Notes: generated from the sequence alone by a model not told the origin. A DNA stretch of 64,000 nucleotides from an uncultured virus (IMG/VR IMGVR_UViG_3300022868_000018) (IMGVR_UViG_3300022868_000018); one strand, 5' to 3'. Shown: positions 27,992-37,757, counted from the first letter of the stretch. Numbers and translations: made by a program.

Positions 27992-28585
27992 TTAGTCCCC
28001 AGACCAGACTGAGCCGGACGGCAATTCAGGCATCGGGTACTGCGTTGCGCCACTCGTCGAAGTCCCCGTCACGTAGTCAACAATCGCGTCAACAATGTTC
28101 TTCTCGTCGGTTATTGTGATGCCAAAGGGTGAACGTGCTGGCATCGGCGGGAACCTGCGTCCTACCGCATGTATTCCGCCCAGGTCGTGGCCCTCACCGC
28201 TGTCCACCGGGTAGTTGGAGCCGATCATCATAAAGCTGCGTTCGCGCCACTCGAAGTGGTCGCCCGAAATCCCCGTCAGTTGGTCGCGCAGCCTCCCCGT
28301 CAGTTGCAGTATCGGCTTGCCGGGGAAGTGCAACATCTTCCAGTCCTTGTAGCCCATCCAATCACACCATTGGTTGGGCGTATTTGACAGCGCCCGCCAC
28401 TTGCGGAAGCCGCCTCTGCGCCCTTCCTTCTCGAAGCGGTCGGCAGTCGAAGCGAAGATGATTGCCCGCACCGCATCCCATGCCGGGCGCAAGTCAGCCA
28501 GCCGCGCATTTAGCTGTTGCGCGTACTGCGCAAATGCCCGCTGTGCTATTGCCGCCCTCGGTATTCTCAGTCGCCCGCGCATCAT
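27992..28585 (-). CDS. Virion morphogenesis protein (Mu gpG-like)
   Basis: RFEKEG...WRALS...ILQLTGRLRDQL...MPARSPFG. Confidence 0.8.
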   Translation of the reverse strand: MMRGRLRIPRAAIAQRAFAQYAQQLNARLADLRPAWDAVRAIIFASTADRFEKEGRRGGFRKWRALSNTPNQWCDWMGYKDWKMLHFPGKPILQLTGRLRDQLTGISGDHFEWRERSFMMIGSNYPVDSGEGHDLGGIHAVGRRFPPMPARSPFGITITDEKNIVDAIVDYVTGTSTSGATQYPMPELPSGSVWSGD

Positions 28586-29055
28586 CACCACGCCTCGCTT
28601 CCGCCTGGCACCTGGCTCCGAGTGAAGAGAGCATCCGGCGCCGTAGAACTCTGCGCCTTGCCATCCGTCGGCACGTACTGCAACGGGCTTGCGGCATCCT
28701 CAGCATCCGTCGGCGCACTGCGGCCCGTCGTCAGCGCCGTTATCTGCGTCTCCGCCATCCGGTCGAGTTCGCTGGCCCACCACGTACTTTCGTCATTCCC
28801 CTCCGCCGAATATGCCCAGCGCAGGTACATCGCCGCCGACTGCATCGCGCACACGTCCTTCACCTGCGCAAACACATCCGGCGACAGCGTTTCATCCACC
28901 GGCACCGTCATGTACCGCTTCAGCCGATTGTCAAGTTGCGCCTCGACCCGCGAGATGAACTCAGTCATGCGCACAAAGTCAATTTCGCCGCCCGACAATT
29001 CCACGGCGTCCTCGTCAAGGTACTCCTTGGCTTCGCTCCAGTCTATGTATGCCAT
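28585..29055 (-). CDS. Head-tail adaptor (Mu gp36-like)
   Basis: MAYIDWSE...EAQLDNRLKRYMTVPV. Confidence 0.7.
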   Translation of the reverse strand: MAYIDWSEAKEYLDEDAVELSGGEIDFVRMTEFISRVEAQLDNRLKRYMTVPVDETLSPDVFAQVKDVCAMQSAAMYLRWAYSAEGNDESTWWASELDRMAETQITALTTGRSAPTDAEDAASPLQYVPTDGKAQSSTAPDALFTRSQVPGGSEAW

Positions 29056-29067
29056 CGGCTATTCCAC

Positions 29068-29406
29068 CTATGAGTCCAGCAGTGCCGCCTGCTTCGCGTG
29101 CCCATCGTCAATGAGTGCGGCCAGTTCCACGTCTACGTCCACGGGCTTGCTCTCCAGGTCCTTCCGGGCGCTGATGCTGCTGACCAGCGAACTGCACGCC
29201 TCGGCGGTGATCCGCGCACTCCGCTGCTCCTCGGGGTCTTTCGTCGCCGCGACGCGCCGATTCTTCCGCTTCTCCAGCGCCTTCAGATGGTTCAGCGCAT
29301 CCGCCTTGCTCACATTGTGCCCCTGCACTATCGCTTCATAGACATCCGGCTCCGGCGTCTCTTCACCAGATGGCATTATTGCAGTTCTCACATTTGCTAC
29401 ATCCAT
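29068..29406 (-). CDS. Hypothetical protein
   Basis: GAGGAGG SD; packed ORF. Confidence 0.55.
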   Translation of the reverse strand: MDVANVRTAIMPSGEETPEPDVYEAIVQGHNVSKADALNHLKALEKRKNRRVAATKDPEEQRSARITAEACSSLVSSISARKDLESKPVDVDVELAALIDDGHAKQAALLDS

Positions 29407-29440
29407 TATGCACGCCTCCTCAGTTTTGACTCAGTATACG

Positions 29441-29839
29441 TCAAACGACGACCGCCCATACGGTGACGGTCGCCGGATTTGCTCCGTTGTTGGTGACATT
29501 GACCCTCACAAATGGCACCGAATCCAGCAGCGCAAACAGCGCCGCCTGTGCATCGGCAGTGATAGTCACGCTCGCTGCCTGAACGTCCTTGGCAGCGGCG
29601 CTGGTCAGGTCGTGGACGGGAACGGAAAACCAGTCCCCGTCTCTATCAATAGCCACCTCGACATCGAACACCACGGACTCAACGCCCGCACCGACGTCTG
29701 CGTCCACCAGAAAGGTAATCTGCGACCACCCATCCAGCCGATACAGCTTTTGGCTGGAAGTGATAGGGAATACATCCGCTACACTATCAGCGGCTATCAC
29801 TGCGGCGGTGCAAATTCCATAGGTCTGACTCTCCGGCAT
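29441..29839 (-). CDS. Putative capsid decoration/spike-base protein
   Basis: Small jelly-roll-like sequence (PFVRVNVTN) right after the capsid gene. Confidence 0.5.
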   Translation of the reverse strand: MPESQTYGICTAAVIAADSVADVFPITSSQKLYRLDGWSQITFLVDADVGAGVESVVFDVEVAIDRDGDWFSVPVHDLTSAAAKDVQAASVTITADAQAALFALLDSVPFVRVNVTNNGANPATVTVWAVVV

Positions 29840-29864
29840 GGCTGCTCACCTCCAGTTACTGCTC

Positions 29865-30845
29865 TTACGGAGTTATCCAGCCACTCGAATCTACCCAAGC
29901 GCCTCCGTTGAGGTAACGAGCGACACCTGCACCCGGCGCGATGATCGTGGCCGAAGTCCAACGCTCATATTCCTCGATCCAGTGATACTGGATGTTCGGG
30001 GTCGTGACCTCGGAGTCCCAGATGATCAGGTCCTGGGTGGGTTCCGGCCCCTCCGGGATGCGCCACATCAGCGGCATCGCGGCAAGGTCCACCGTCAGCA
30101 TGTAGTTCTCCGGTATCCAGTCACAACTGACTACCGGGATGCCTGCCGCGCGGAACTCAGTGGTGAAGCCGAGTTGCTGCAGCTTGTCCATCACCGGTGT
30201 CGAGACGAAGGCATTGGAGTTCCAGTCGGCGATACCTTCGAGGTTCGTCGCCTGCTCACCGTGAATGAAGCTCACGATGTTGCCGGTCTTATAGCCGTGT
30301 TCCTGGATGTGCCGCTTGTCAGCGGCGAACATCGACAGAGACAGAACACCCGCAGCCGCACTTGCCACATAGTGGTCATGCGTGCTGAGGAAGGTGTTCA
30401 TCTGGTACGGTGGCGGCGTCAGCGTCGTATCGTACCATCCGCCGTCGGTCAGGCACGGCTGCAGGCAAGCCTGGGTGATGAGGTCGAAGTCGGCCCGTAG
30501 CGACTCCTCGTGGTCGCGAGTGATCTTCGTCGAGGATAGGCCCTTCGTCCAGGCGAGCTGTGTAATGCTACCGTTGATGCCCCAACGCACCGGGTCCGCC
30601 AGCGTCTTCTGACGGTACGGCGTGTGTTGCATGTCGGGACGGTCGGTATCGTTACCCAGCTTCTTGAACTGCTTACCCCTGTACGACATTTCCACCGTGG
30701 TCAGTTTGGTGTAGTCGGGGTCGCAGAGTAGCTCGCGGAAGTTCTGATCCGCTTCGTTATGCTGCTCGACGCGATCCTTGAAGATCGTGTACAGTTGACT
30801 GGTCGGTACATTGTCGGATGTAAATGCGCCAGGCGTCCCAGCCAT
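29865..30845 (-). CDS. Major capsid protein
   Basis: 326 aa, follows protease and cement genes, AAGGAGG SD; NTFLSTHDHY and DWIPENYML motifs. Confidence 0.75.
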   Translation of the reverse strand: MAGTPGAFTSDNVPTSQLYTIFKDRVEQHNEADQNFRELLCDPDYTKLTTVEMSYRGKQFKKLGNDTDRPDMQHTPYRQKTLADPVRWGINGSITQLAWTKGLSSTKITRDHEESLRADFDLITQACLQPCLTDGGWYDTTLTPPPYQMNTFLSTHDHYVASAAAGVLSLSMFAADKRHIQEHGYKTGNIVSFIHGEQATNLEGIADWNSNAFVSTPVMDKLQQLGFTTEFRAAGIPVVSCDWIPENYMLTVDLAAMPLMWRIPEGPEPTQDLIIWDSEVTTPNIQYHWIEEYERWTSATIIAPGAGVARYLNGGAWVDSSGWITP

Positions 30846-30888
30846 TACAGCCACCTCCTTCTATCTGTGTGCGATAATCTCAGCTTCA

Positions 30889-31266
30889 TTAGTGCTGGGT
30901 CTGCTGCGCGATGATCTCGGGGTCGATGATCCACTGCGTGTCACTCACGGCGACCCCCGCAATCTGGCTCGTGTCGCCTGCAGTCACACTGATGTTGCCC
31001 GGCGTGTTGGAGACGTACACCGGGGCGCCAGCATCCAAGCTGCTGTAGCCATCCATCTGCCCCAGCCGCTTTGCGTGCGCCATGTCGCCAGTCGATGTGC
31101 CGGCCTCGGCTACCCCCATAGCGGGTAGTTCCTCAATGCCGGTAGCGGCACAGGCCAGATACATCAGCCCGTCACTGTTCGAGATGGACACAAGCTCACC
31201 CTTCGCGATGTCTTCTCCGGAGATTGCCCGGAAATTGGGAAACTCATTCACATAACTCTCTGCCAT
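30889..31266 (-). CDS. Capsid cement/decoration protein (DUF2190-like)
   Basis: SGEDIAKGELV...GVA...GAPVYVSNTPG...GVAVS. Confidence 0.75.
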   Translation of the reverse strand: MAESYVNEFPNFRAISGEDIAKGELVSISNSDGLMYLACAATGIEELPAMGVAEAGTSTGDMAHAKRLGQMDGYSSLDAGAPVYVSNTPGNISVTAGDTSQIAGVAVSDTQWIIDPEIIAQQTQH

Positions 31267-31312
31267 TCGACTCACCTCTCTTGCTCTGGAATGCTACTGA
31301 ATGCTGCTGTAG

Positions 31313-32620
31313 CTATCGCGGCTTCGGTTCCAGGTACTTGGCGTAAGCGGCCTCCAGCTCGATGCTCTGAGATGCAGCGAGGACGCGGACGGCCTTCTTG
31401 TCCTTCTCGGGGATCTCCTTGGCCTCCAGCCATGCCTCGCCGGTCAGTTCGCCGGTCGAAGCCGTCGCGGTGATACCGGGGGCTTGTGCCAAAGCGACCA
31501 TCGCCATGCCCCCAGCGTTTGCCGCCATGTGCTTCTCGACAGCGATGGCGGTTTCGGCGCTGGGGTGGAGGCGGGCGGCGGCCAGAACCTCAATCGCGGC
31601 GGGCGTATACCTCTGCCCGTCAACCACGGAGGCCGCAAGCTCCTGCTTGACATCTGCCTCGGCCTTGTCGCCTTCGAGTGTCGCGAGACGCCCTTCGAGA
31701 CTCTCGGCGACATTCTTCGCATCAACGAGTTCGGCGTCGAGCGCCTTGGCCTTATCTTCACTCGCGGCCAGCGCCTTGGCGGCAGCTTCATTCTCCTTGC
31801 GGAGCTTCGCGAGCTCGTCCTCGGGCGTCACCGGCTTTTCGGGGTCAGCCGCTGGCTTCCCCTCCGGCTCCTTGATTTCGGCCACGAACTTCGTCCAGGC
31901 CGCGTCGTCAGCGAAGTCCTTCGTCAACTCCGCCCACGCCTCGTCGGTAACTTCGCCGTTCACTGCCACATACTTGATCCGAGCTTCCTTGACAAGCTCT
32001 TCGTTTGCCATCATGTCGCCTCCTAGTGTGAGTTGGCTGGCCTGCGCCTTCTCGGCACGAGATTGTTTCGCTGCTGCTATCGCCGCGTCGCCGGCGAGGT
32101 ACTCGGATGCTGCCACCTGCAACTCCGGCTGGTCGAAGAAGAATGGGTCGGTGCAGAGTGCGGCGTTGAAAACGAGGTTGCGTTTCTTGTAGGTCGCATG
32201 TTCGCCGGCACGTGTCGCCCAGTTGGCTGAGATGTAGGGCAGTCGCCTGCTCTCTATGGCCTCAACACCGTCGGCGTTCCAGTCGATCTGAGCACAAAGC
32301 ACACCGTCGCGAATATCCATGTCTTTGATCCACCCGTAAGCCCCTTCGCTTCGGGCGAGGTGGCCTGGGCCTTGGGCAATAGGGATGCCAAGCTCGCCAG
32401 GCAGACCATCTTGCAGATTGGCAATCATCTCCAGCGCGTCAGCCTCTGTAGTCTCGAAATCTCCGAACGCGGGGTGGTAGAACTTGCCGAGCGGGATGAG
32501 TGGGTTCCAAACCAGTTCTGCGACGTCGGCGCCCTCGGCGGCAATAACCGCTGCCGCGAAACTCTGCGCCACACCATCGGCTCTGTAGATTATGCTGGCC
32601 TGCGCCGTGTCTTTGCTCAT
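31313..32620 (-). CDS. Mu-like prohead protease I with C-terminal scaffold
   Basis: AYGWIK...IDWNADG...PYISA...AALCTDPFF; coiled-coil C-terminal half. Confidence 0.85.
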   Translation of the reverse strand: MSKDTAQASIIYRADGVAQSFAAAVIAAEGADVAELVWNPLIPLGKFYHPAFGDFETTEADALEMIANLQDGLPGELGIPIAQGPGHLARSEGAYGWIKDMDIRDGVLCAQIDWNADGVEAIESRRLPYISANWATRAGEHATYKKRNLVFNAALCTDPFFFDQPELQVAASEYLAGDAAIAAAKQSRAEKAQASQLTLGGDMMANEELVKEARIKYVAVNGEVTDEAWAELTKDFADDAAWTKFVAEIKEPEGKPAADPEKPVTPEDELAKLRKENEAAAKALAASEDKAKALDAELVDAKNVAESLEGRLATLEGDKAEADVKQELAASVVDGQRYTPAAIEVLAAARLHPSAETAIAVEKHMAANAGGMAMVALAQAPGITATASTGELTGEAWLEAKEIPEKDKKAVRVLAASQSIELEAAYAKYLEPKPR

Positions 32621-32644
32621 CTCAGCCAACACCTCTCACGCATA

Positions 32645-32706
32645 CAAAAAACCCGCCAATGCTCTGTCCCAATCCCTTGCGGGAGGGGGGCAAAACACTG
32701 CCGGGC
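32645..32706 (-). terminator. Long hairpin with GCAA tetraloop and U6 tract (attenuator before head genes)
   Basis: GCCCGGCAGTGTTTTG...TCCC-GCAA-GGGA...CAGAGCATTGGCGGGT-TTTTT; G-U pairs favour the minus strand. Confidence 0.7.
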
Positions 32707-32779
32707 TTTATGCGCTATTCAAGCAGTTGTTATTCAGTTGTCGTTACTGATTTGCCTTTAGGAGGCTATACGACTAAGA

Positions 32780-32808
32780 ACAATATACCACTCTGTATCT
32801 AATGTCAA
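32780..32808 (-). promoter_or_regulatory. sigma70-type promoter for head operon
   Basis: TTGACA-17-TATTGT (alternative -10: TGgTATATT). Confidence 0.65.
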
Positions 32809-32834
32809 GCATAATTTCTGAGGCGCAGGCCGAA

Positions 32835-33059
32835 TCACCCGATTGCGGTAACGTTATAGGAGTGGCAGCGCGGGCACAAAAGCCTGATCCTGACTGGCCC
32901 TGTGCAAGCAAGTCGGCAAATAGTACGCGGCTTGGAAAGGGGAGAACCAAACTTTCGCGCAGCACATTGCGGATTGCCGCACCGCACCCGCCACTCACCG
33001 GGACACACCTCATCGACCTGCGCCTGTATCGCTGTATCTGTTGCCGCAGTCTGCGCCAT
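32835..33059 (-). CDS. Com-like zinc-finger protein
   Basis: RVRCGNPQC...IRLLCPRCHSYN resembles Mu Com (RCxxC...IEIRCPRC). Confidence 0.6.
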   Translation of the reverse strand: MAQTAATDTAIQAQVDEVCPGEWRVRCGNPQCAARKFGSPLSKPRTICRLACTGPVRIRLLCPRCHSYNVTAIG

Positions 33060-33181
33060 CAGGCATCGTCCTTATCGCTGCCCTCGAGCCAGCCCAGCTT
33101 CTGGAGGACAAAGAATAAAATGAATAGCCCAACTACGCCGGAAATCACACCAATCCAGAACATCGAAATCTCGAATACCAT
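33059..33181 (-). CDS. 40-aa single-TM protein (not in ORF track)
   Basis: MVFEISMFWIGVISGVVGLFILFFVLQKLGWLEGSDKDDA; TGATG overlap with next gene. Confidence 0.55.
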   Translation of the reverse strand: MVFEISMFWIGVISGVVGLFILFFVLQKLGWLEGSDKDDA

Positions 33182-33183
33182 GC

Positions 33184-34707
33184 TCAGTCACCGTCCTCGT
33201 TGTCGGTCTCAGTAGGTCGTTCAACCACTGGTGCCGCCCCCGGCTTTACCAACGGCTTCGGCAACTCATCCAGTGGCGCGAAGTCAAACTCCGCGAGCAT
33301 CGCGTTCACGATTTCAAGCGGCATGTTCGTGCCGTCGTCGAAGATGCGAGCCAATGCCCGTACCAGTGCGTCGAGGTCGCGTACCCCGATCTTCCCGTGC
33401 ACCAGTCGCGGCAACTTCTGCCCCGTCTCAGGCGTGTTGAACTGGCACAACTGTCGTATCGCATAGCGATTGAAATACTCGCAAATCCAGTCCGCGATTC
33501 CCTCCAGGCTCATCAGGAAGAATGAACTGCTGTCGCGGCTCAGTGCCCATGCGCCACCGTCGCCACCCTGTGCGAGGCCCACAAACTGCCCCAGCACTGT
33601 CTGCAGCATGCTCTGGTGCTGGCGCTCGATATGGCTCTCGAACGGCACATCCGCAGGCCCCAGCGTCAGCAAGCCGACAGTCCATCCGGCGGGAGCCAAC
33701 ATCCCAGCATCCTCGCCCGTGCGAATGCGCTTCAGCATCGCCAGAACTTCGTCGTACTCGTCCTCATCGGCGCCTATTTCCGGTGCGGTAGCAAACGGTA
33801 TTCCACACGCCTGCCGCTCGATGCGAATTGCCGCAAACGTCTCGAACACGCCCTTGGCATAGAAGTGCTTGTACGCCTGCCGGAACGCACCAAGGCCCTC
33901 GGGGTTCCCGGCCTCGTCACGCCACGTCCAGACCATCAATCGGTCTATCGGAATCTTCACATCTATCGGCTGTTCGGTTTCGGGATTCCGGCCGCGCTGT
34001 TCGAGACCGCGTAAACCACCGGTGCTGTCGAACTGCCACTTCTGAACCGTCGAACGCTCCCGCTCCGCGAACTTCTTCCAGCCCAGGAACCCACCGCGCT
34101 GCGGCTTGAACTCGAACACCTTCTCGTGAACGGTGAAGCCGTAGAGTACGGCCAGCACCGCCTTCCGCAACACGTCGTCGAAAGAATGTGTCATCCCCGC
34201 AGGATCAAACAGATTCCAGCGGATATTCTCGGAAAGCTCCTTGTCATCGCCGTCTTCCAGACCCCAATTCGCCTGCCGGATCGGAAGCGTAATCAACTGC
34301 TCCATTGCCGCCGGCGCACTATCCGAACGACGCATTTCCTCAAAAGCAATCATGCGCGTCTGGAGGTTCTGCAACTTCGCGTTGTACTCCTGGGTGATAC
34401 GACCGCCGCGCACTTCAAGGCCGCTGACGCCCATCTCGCCCAGTAGATTCTGCGCACCCGCATCGCCAATGTCGGCGGCGGCGGCAAGCATCGGTACGTC
34501 GTCGGGATGGACTACTACGCGGGGGAGATCGTGCCTGTCGGTGGCACCAGACCTGCTGACTCTGCTCCTGTTGCGGAGTGTCGCCTGATACTCGGTCCAC
34601 GTCATATTCGGGGGGCCTTCGCTGGCGGCCTTATCAGATACTTCAGGCGCCATTGGAAAGTGTTTGCCGAGGAAGTTGCCTATAGTGTATCGCCACGGTT
34701 TTGGCAT
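33184..34707 (-). CDS. Portal protein (Mu gp29/DUF935-like)
   Basis: AVLYGFTVHEKV, NPEGLG, ERQACGIP, VLGQF motifs; follows TerL. Confidence 0.88.
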   Translation of the reverse strand: MPKPWRYTIGNFLGKHFPMAPEVSDKAASEGPPNMTWTEYQATLRNRSRVSRSGATDRHDLPRVVVHPDDVPMLAAAADIGDAGAQNLLGEMGVSGLEVRGGRITQEYNAKLQNLQTRMIAFEEMRRSDSAPAAMEQLITLPIRQANWGLEDGDDKELSENIRWNLFDPAGMTHSFDDVLRKAVLAVLYGFTVHEKVFEFKPQRGGFLGWKKFAERERSTVQKWQFDSTGGLRGLEQRGRNPETEQPIDVKIPIDRLMVWTWRDEAGNPEGLGAFRQAYKHFYAKGVFETFAAIRIERQACGIPFATAPEIGADEDEYDEVLAMLKRIRTGEDAGMLAPAGWTVGLLTLGPADVPFESHIERQHQSMLQTVLGQFVGLAQGGDGGAWALSRDSSSFFLMSLEGIADWICEYFNRYAIRQLCQFNTPETGQKLPRLVHGKIGVRDLDALVRALARIFDDGTNMPLEIVNAMLAEFDFAPLDELPKPLVKPGAAPVVERPTETDNEDGD

Positions 34708-34726
34708 CTCAATCCCCTTCGACGCT

Positions 34727-36235
34727 TCACCACTTCATGTTGCGAAGGTCGTGCAGTCTGCTGTCGGACGGTATACCCGTCGCCTTAGCAGGCATTGTAT
34801 TCCGCTCTGGTCCGCGTGTCAAGCCAAGGTCACTCAACAATAGCGCGTCGAGGTCGTCAACTTTCTTGCCCTTGCGCTTCGTGCCTGCACCTGACTGCGC
34901 TGTTTTGAGGCCTATAAAAAGGTCCGGGAAATGCTCAGGATGCACAATGATCCGACCCTGTTCGAGGTCGGCGGAAGTCCAACTCAGGATCACCTCGCGG
35001 GGTACGTTCTGCCATTTCATCCGTTGCACCTTGTTGACTTTTTCATTGATTTCACTGCCGCCGGTGAAGCGCACCGCCGTCTTGTTCTTCGCCACGACCA
35101 GGTTTGCTATTGCCGTGTCCATTGTGCCGTCAATGAAAAGCGGCCCAGGATACCGCCTGTCCAATTCCTCTATCGCCCAGATCGTTGCAGCCGAATCCTG
35201 CTGCTCGTAGCACGCACTATAGATGACCTGTGGGGGATTCGCATTGAGGTCCACGACGATATGCACGGTGTTGTCGCGACCGCCACCGGCGATGTCCACA
35301 CCCTTCGCGTACTTGTGGCCGATGATAGGTTCGGGGCCAAGGTACTTAGCCGAAGCAGCCCACTTCTCGACCAGGCCAATGTCCACGACGCGCTGCCCGC
35401 TCCTCAGCCGCTTCAGTTCATGTTCCTCTTCCCACTCGCTTTCGCGCCCGAAGAACTTCTTGAGCGACCGCTTCTTCCATGCCGCGTCTCGATGCGGGTG
35501 CGCCTTCCAGTTCAGCGGCATCGACGTCAGGCCAAAGTCCTTGGCATTGTCTACAAGGTCGCAAAAGAGGTCCCCATCGCCACCAAACGTACTGACGATG
35601 AAGATGGGGGCGTTCGGCACATCGTCAAGCATAGTGGCAATGGCTTTCCAGATGTCGTCCGCGTAGGCCATCGCGGCCATCTCTTCGAGCAATGCCGCGT
35701 TACCGTCGAAACTACGTGCGACATTCGGGCTGCTGGAGTGGGCGCGGATGTAGTTCTGCGCCCCACTCGTGTAGTACCGAATCTCCTGGTTGTTTGTCTC
35801 GGGGTCGATGCCTTTGAGGTTCGCCCGTTGCCAGTCGGGAAGGTTTGCGGTGCTGAGGACCGTCTTGGCGATTTTGAGCAACCGCTCGACCGCCACCGTC
35901 TCAGTGTTGGCGACGATGTGGCAGTGCATCGGTATGCCGGTAGTGGAGTGACGGTGAAGGATGCCCCATGCGAAGGCAGCGACGACTGCCGTTGAGACGC
36001 CAAGCTGCCGGCTCTTGGGAATCACGTAAGCCTTGCCCGAGGCGACTGCCCGCATAATCTGTTCCTGAAACGGGTAGGGGTCGAAAGGGGCAAGGCCTCT
36101 GGTCTTGGTCTCAATCTGGCCTTTCACTTTCCGAATCCAGGCTACGGGATCGGCGTCGGTATCATCGGCTGGTGCCGCGTTATCGAAGCTATCCATGCCT
36201 TGAACAAAGCGTTGGAACTCACTCTTCTGTCGCAT
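34727..36235 (-). CDS. terL: Terminase large subunit
   Basis: KSRQLGVST Walker A, LLEEMA Walker B, VST, GVDIAGG and DDLDAL nuclease motifs. Confidence 0.9.
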   Translation of the reverse strand: MRQKSEFQRFVQGMDSFDNAAPADDTDADPVAWIRKVKGQIETKTRGLAPFDPYPFQEQIMRAVASGKAYVIPKSRQLGVSTAVVAAFAWGILHRHSTTGIPMHCHIVANTETVAVERLLKIAKTVLSTANLPDWQRANLKGIDPETNNQEIRYYTSGAQNYIRAHSSSPNVARSFDGNAALLEEMAAMAYADDIWKAIATMLDDVPNAPIFIVSTFGGDGDLFCDLVDNAKDFGLTSMPLNWKAHPHRDAAWKKRSLKKFFGRESEWEEEHELKRLRSGQRVVDIGLVEKWAASAKYLGPEPIIGHKYAKGVDIAGGGRDNTVHIVVDLNANPPQVIYSACYEQQDSAATIWAIEELDRRYPGPLFIDGTMDTAIANLVVAKNKTAVRFTGGSEINEKVNKVQRMKWQNVPREVILSWTSADLEQGRIIVHPEHFPDLFIGLKTAQSGAGTKRKGKKVDDLDALLLSDLGLTRGPERNTMPAKATGIPSDSRLHDLRNMKW

Positions 36236-36406
36236 GAGGCCTCCGTGTTGGCTCTCTCATTGGCGCCTGCTTGTTTCTCCGCAATACTGAGCAAGTAGCA
36301 CTAAATCGCAGCCAACGCTGCATTCTCGCCCAATGACCTTCGGGAGCAGTAATCCAGAAGCCGCCCACAAATGAAAAGGGACCTATATACAACGTCACCC
36401 TAACGC

Positions 36407-36913
36407 TCAACCAAAAAAGCCGTTGTTGATCTGCTTCTGAAATTCGCTCATGTCCCAAACGGCGATGAGGGCGGCAACGGGGTCGGCTTGACGCTTCAAC
36501 CATTCCATCGCCGCAGGCTTGTATCCCCCACCATCCAACAGAACTACCGTGGTTATGCCTGCCTTCATAATGTTGAAAAGTAGGAATGGGTACTTCTCAT
36601 CAACCGAACCGCTACGTTGCTGCCACTTGCACTCAATGACAAGGCCATCGGCGAATAAATGCTCGTTCACAACGAAGAAATCGCACCTCCGGTCTGTGTC
36701 GTAGATGGTGGTCCCAACCTTCAGTTGTTTGATGTACTGCTTCCCGCCCAGGATACCGATGTTCGCGAATGCCAGCGCCTTGTTGCCTGAGAACTCGATA
36801 TAGCCCTTACTCACCAGAGCGTTTTCGACGAACTCCTCAAGCTGGTTACCCGTCTTATTGGCTTGCTGCCCGCTATTTGTAGTTGCGGATGATGAGTTCT
36901 GTCTCTTTGCCAC
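36407..36913 (-). CDS. PD-(D/E)XK nuclease, putative restriction endonuclease
   Basis: GNQLE...RCDFF...IECKWQ...GSVDEK; overlaps the MTase gene. Confidence 0.8.
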   Translation of the reverse strand: MAKRQNSSSATTNSGQQANKTGNQLEEFVENALVSKGYIEFSGNKALAFANIGILGGKQYIKQLKVGTTIYDTDRRCDFFVVNEHLFADGLVIECKWQQRSGSVDEKYPFLLFNIMKAGITTVVLLDGGGYKPAAMEWLKRQADPVAALIAVWDMSEFQKQINNGFFG

Positions 36914-37757
36914 GCTGGTCTCCCTTGCAGGACACGGACCGGGATGCCTGCACCTCTTCTATGTGGAACTCGCGGTAGAGCGAGCGCACAAAGGCATTAT
37001 TGGAGTTGGAAATCATGAAGTAGGCACCGGCCTTCTTCAACCCGCTGCAGAAATTAGCAAGTTCTTGATGATCGGTGTCCCCGAAACGACTGCTGTCGTA
37101 GCCGTCATAGGTCCGATGATAGGGCGGGTCAAGATAGTAGAAGCCGCCCTCCTCGAGTGGCACTTGGAGGAATGGGTGTTGCTTGAGCGTCGCGGACTGT
37201 AATGCCTGTGAGACTTGCCGAAGGTTTGCCTCGTCCAATATGGTTGGGTTGGTATAGCTTCCTATAGGGACGTTGAAGAGGCCACTCTTGTTGACGCGGT
37301 ACAGACCGTTGAAGCATGTCTTGTTGAGGTAGATGAAGAGTGCCGCCAACTTCGTCCCGTCTGTCTCACGGCCAAACTCCTTCCGCGCATTCAGGAAATA
37401 GGGCTTGTTGTGGCTGGCCGCGTGGCGCTCCAACTCAGCAATCAGCGCATCGACATCATCGCGCACCGCCTGGAATGTCAAAACCAGAGGCAGATTCACG
37501 TCCGACAAATAGGCGATCTGGGGCTGCACAGCGAAGAAGAGAGCGCCGCCTCCGATGAATGGCTCATGATAGGTAGTGTAGGAAGCTGGCAGCCTCGCCA
37601 ACAGTTCGGGCAGAATTGATCGCTTGCCTCCAACCCACTTGACGAACGGACGAGCAACAACTTCTTGTAGGGCGGGCCTGTTCTCGTCGGCTATCACCGC
37701 CAGGACACTATCGAGGTCTCCAGCGAGCGGCTTCATCACTTTCTGTGGTCGGGGCAT
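36873..37757 (-). CDS. Dam/D12-class N6-adenine DNA methyltransferase
   Basis: KWVGGK, EPFIGGGA, FNGLYRVNKSGLFNVP, YLDPPY. Confidence 0.95.
   Translation of the reverse strand: MPRPQKVMKPLAGDLDSVLAVIADENRPALQEVVARPFVKWVGGKRSILPELLARLPASYTTYHEPFIGGGALFFAVQPQIAYLSDVNLPLVLTFQAVRDDVDALIAELERHAASHNKPYFLNARKEFGRETDGTKLAALFIYLNKTCFNGLYRVNKSGLFNVPIGSYTNPTILDEANLRQVSQALQSATLKQHPFLQVPLEEGGFYYLDPPYHRTYDGYDSSRFGDTDHQELANFCSGLKKAGAYFMISNSNNAFVRSLYREFHIEEVQASRSVSCKGDQRGKETELIIRNYK

Noticed and set aside
36219..36503. 94-aa ORF upstream of terL as terS
   Set aside because: It spans the IS end and overlaps the nuclease gene; at most a remnant of a truncated gene
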